A stretch of 32,000 nucleotides of DNA from Planctopirus limnophila DSM 3776 (lineage in GTDB: Bacteria; Planctomycetota; Planctomycetia; Planctomycetales; Planctomycetaceae), in NCBI RefSeq assembly GCF_000092105.1, contig NC_014148.1, positions 810,001 to 842,000 on the forward strand, in the 5' to 3' direction. Shown piece after piece: positions 30,761 to 32,000 of the stretch. The first letter of the stretch is position 1. Every line of letters starts with the position of its first letter. The notes beneath the pieces are model-generated. The model worked only from the letters and a program-made list of their open reading frames with translations, was not told the origin of the DNA and searched no databases. Both the position numbers and the translations under genes were made by a program.

Positions 30761-30940
30761 ACTCTTCACTGGTCGATGAGCGCGAGTTCAATGATCAGAA
30801 TCTCTGGCTGAGGATATGTCCTCGGCCCTGTCGGTCTGACGGTTTCTTTGGAATCCGTGGATGATTTAGCCAGTCTGCATCGAAAAAATGATGCAGGTCT
30901 GGTTTCCGACAGCCAATGATGGTTTGTCCTCAGGTACTGT

Positions 30941-31645
30941 ATGGTTCCGAATCCTTCTCGACTTGATGCGGCATTGGGTAGCCAGATCCCTGTGATCGCT
31001 CCGTCAATGCTCAAAGTCGATTTTGCAGATCTCGCGACAGAAGTCAGTCGGTTGGAAGAGGCCCATGCACATCTGCTGCACTGGGATGTGATGGACGGGA
31101 ACTTTGTTCCCAATCTGTCGTATGGAGCCATGCTGATTGCCAGTGTCCGCAAGAGAACGTCCTTGTTCTTTGACGCACACCTGATGATTGCTCATCCGGA
31201 AAAGTATGTGGATGAGTACTTAGCCGCCGGATGTGACGCCATCACAGTTCATATTGAAGCGGCACCAGAGCCTGCCGAGATTCTCCAGAGAATTCGTGCA
31301 GGGGGTGCGCATGCTGGTCTGGCGATTAACCCGCATACACCACTTTCGCACCTCGAGCCATGGCTTGATCAATGCGATCTGGTTCTGGTGATGAGTGTGC
31401 AGCCCGGGTTTGGCGGTCAGAAATTTATGCCCGAGGTGCTTGATAAAGTTCGCGCTTTGCGAAGCCGGCTCGCACCACATGTCCGGCTTTCGATTGATGG
31501 CGGGATAGGAACGACGACGATTGCTGCAGCATCAGCTGCGGGGGCACGCCTGTTTGTTGCAGGAAGTGCAATTTTTGATGTCAGCGATTATGCCATTGCC
31601 ATGAGGCAACTGGAGCAGTTGGCATCTTCTTCTTTGGAGTGTTGA
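30941..31645 (+). CDS. rpe: Ribulose-phosphate 3-epimerase
   Basis: IAPSMLKVDFADL, LHWDVMDGNFVPNLSYG, DAHLMI, VMSVQPGFGGQKF and IDGGI are canonical Rpe motifs. Confidence 0.92.
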   Translation: MVPNPSRLDAALGSQIPVIAPSMLKVDFADLATEVSRLEEAHAHLLHWDVMDGNFVPNLSYGAMLIASVRKRTSLFFDAHLMIAHPEKYVDEYLAAGCDAITVHIEAAPEPAEILQRIRAGGAHAGLAINPHTPLSHLEPWLDQCDLVLVMSVQPGFGGQKFMPEVLDKVRALRSRLAPHVRLSIDGGIGTTTIAAASAAGARLFVAGSAIFDVSDYAIAMRQLEQLASSSLEC

Positions 31646-31650
31646 GGCAT

Positions 31651-32000
31651 ATGTCTCGCTGTTCACACGTTGTTCTGGTGCAACCAGGGGCAACGGAATT
31701 GTGTTCACAAATGCGTGTTGTTGGTGGGCTCGATGTTTCGCTTTCTCCCCGAGGGATTGAGCAAGTCGCTGCGACGGGAACTTTTCTTCACGAACTGGTC
31801 ACCAAAGATCTGGCTGTCGGGGCGATTTACTCGTCAGACTCCGGGCCCGCTTTCGAAGCTGCCCAGATCCTGGCCACTCAATTGGGTTTTCCAATTGTTG
31901 CTACACCTTTGCTGGCCAATCAGTCGCTGGGATTGTGGGAAGGCCTGCAGAGGTCAGAAATCGAGCGGAAGTATGGACGCCGATTCTGTTCGAAAGGTGC
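31651..32000 (+). CDS. Histidine phosphatase (phosphoglycerate mutase-like) superfamily homologue, 5' fragment, catalytic motif degenerate
   Basis: Not in the ORF track because it runs off the right edge. Hand translation: MSRCSHVVLVQPGATELCSQMRVVGGLDVSLSPRGIEQVAATG...IYSSDSGPAFEAAQIL...LGLWEGLQRSEIE. It aligns to the LVRHGETEWN...D.PLS..G..QA...SS.L.RA..TA pattern, but RHGE is replaced by QPGA. Confidence 0.55.
   Translation, partial: MSRCSHVVLVQPGATELCSQMRVVGGLDVSLSPRGIEQVAATGTFLHELVTKDLAVGAIYSSDSGPAFEAAQILATQLGFPIVATPLLANQSLGLWEGLQRSEIERKYGRRFCSKG

Noticed and set aside
30877-30898. A hairpin ctgcatc-gaaaaaat-gatgcag in the rpe leader, as a possible attenuator.
   Set aside because: It has only a 7-bp stem, no following U-run and no alternative pairing that I could see.
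1-32000. A search by eye for tRNA/rRNA genes, CRISPR arrays, transposases, integrases, terminal inverted repeats and recognisable defence or toxin-antitoxin genes.
   Set aside because: None was found. There are no T-loop-like GGTTCGAATCC motifs, no regularly spaced direct repeats beyond the two in-gene microsatellites, and no DDE, tyrosine-recombinase or nuclease-like ORFs.

Overview
All family assignments come from reading motifs in the translations; no searches were run. The window looks like a chromosomal segment from a Planctomycetota-like genome. The cues are a DUF1080-ThuA fusion, a prenyltransferase-repeat secreted protein and a giant multidomain secretin.

Gene order, left to right:
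- 1-2782 (-): the 5' part of a very large Hsp70/actin-like ATPase gene. It runs off the window and is missing from the ORF track. I translated it by hand.
- A secreted DUF1080/ThuA fusion protein, then MarR-pirin-DoxX.
- 7.1-24.1 kb: a block that is entirely on the minus strand. It holds an RluA-family pseudouridine synthase, a secreted alpha-toroid plus beta-helix protein, and a seven-gene Wzx/Wzy-type polysaccharide cluster (small phosphoglycosyl transferase, epimerase, GT4, methyltransferase, GT4, Wzy-like, Wzx-like). It continues with a class-V PLP enzyme, a strong terminator and a monocistronic 1593-aa secretin.
- A 1-kb non-coding gap.
- A divergent operon with two DUF3299-like paralogues that carry a vicinal Cys-Cys motif, plus a secreted CPFC protein.
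- A PhnZ-like HD protein, gap, rpe and a catalytically degenerate histidine-phosphatase homologue.

The most striking signal: six of the seven consecutive polysaccharide-pathway proteins end in Ala-Ala-COOH preceded by a basic residue (RRAA, QRAA, RKAA, ERAA, RRRTAA, GKAA). The codons and stop codons differ between genes, and no other protein in the window ends this way. This looks like a shared C-terminal degron or docking tail.

Other items worth a second look:
- FG/Gly/Gln/Asn-rich insertions with in-frame microsatellites inside the secretin pore domain.
- Tandem helical modules in the secretin N-terminus.
- A two-copy palindromic element with one compensatory base-pair change.
- A G-depleted leader in front of the polysaccharide operon.

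No tRNA, rRNA, CRISPR array or transposase was seen.
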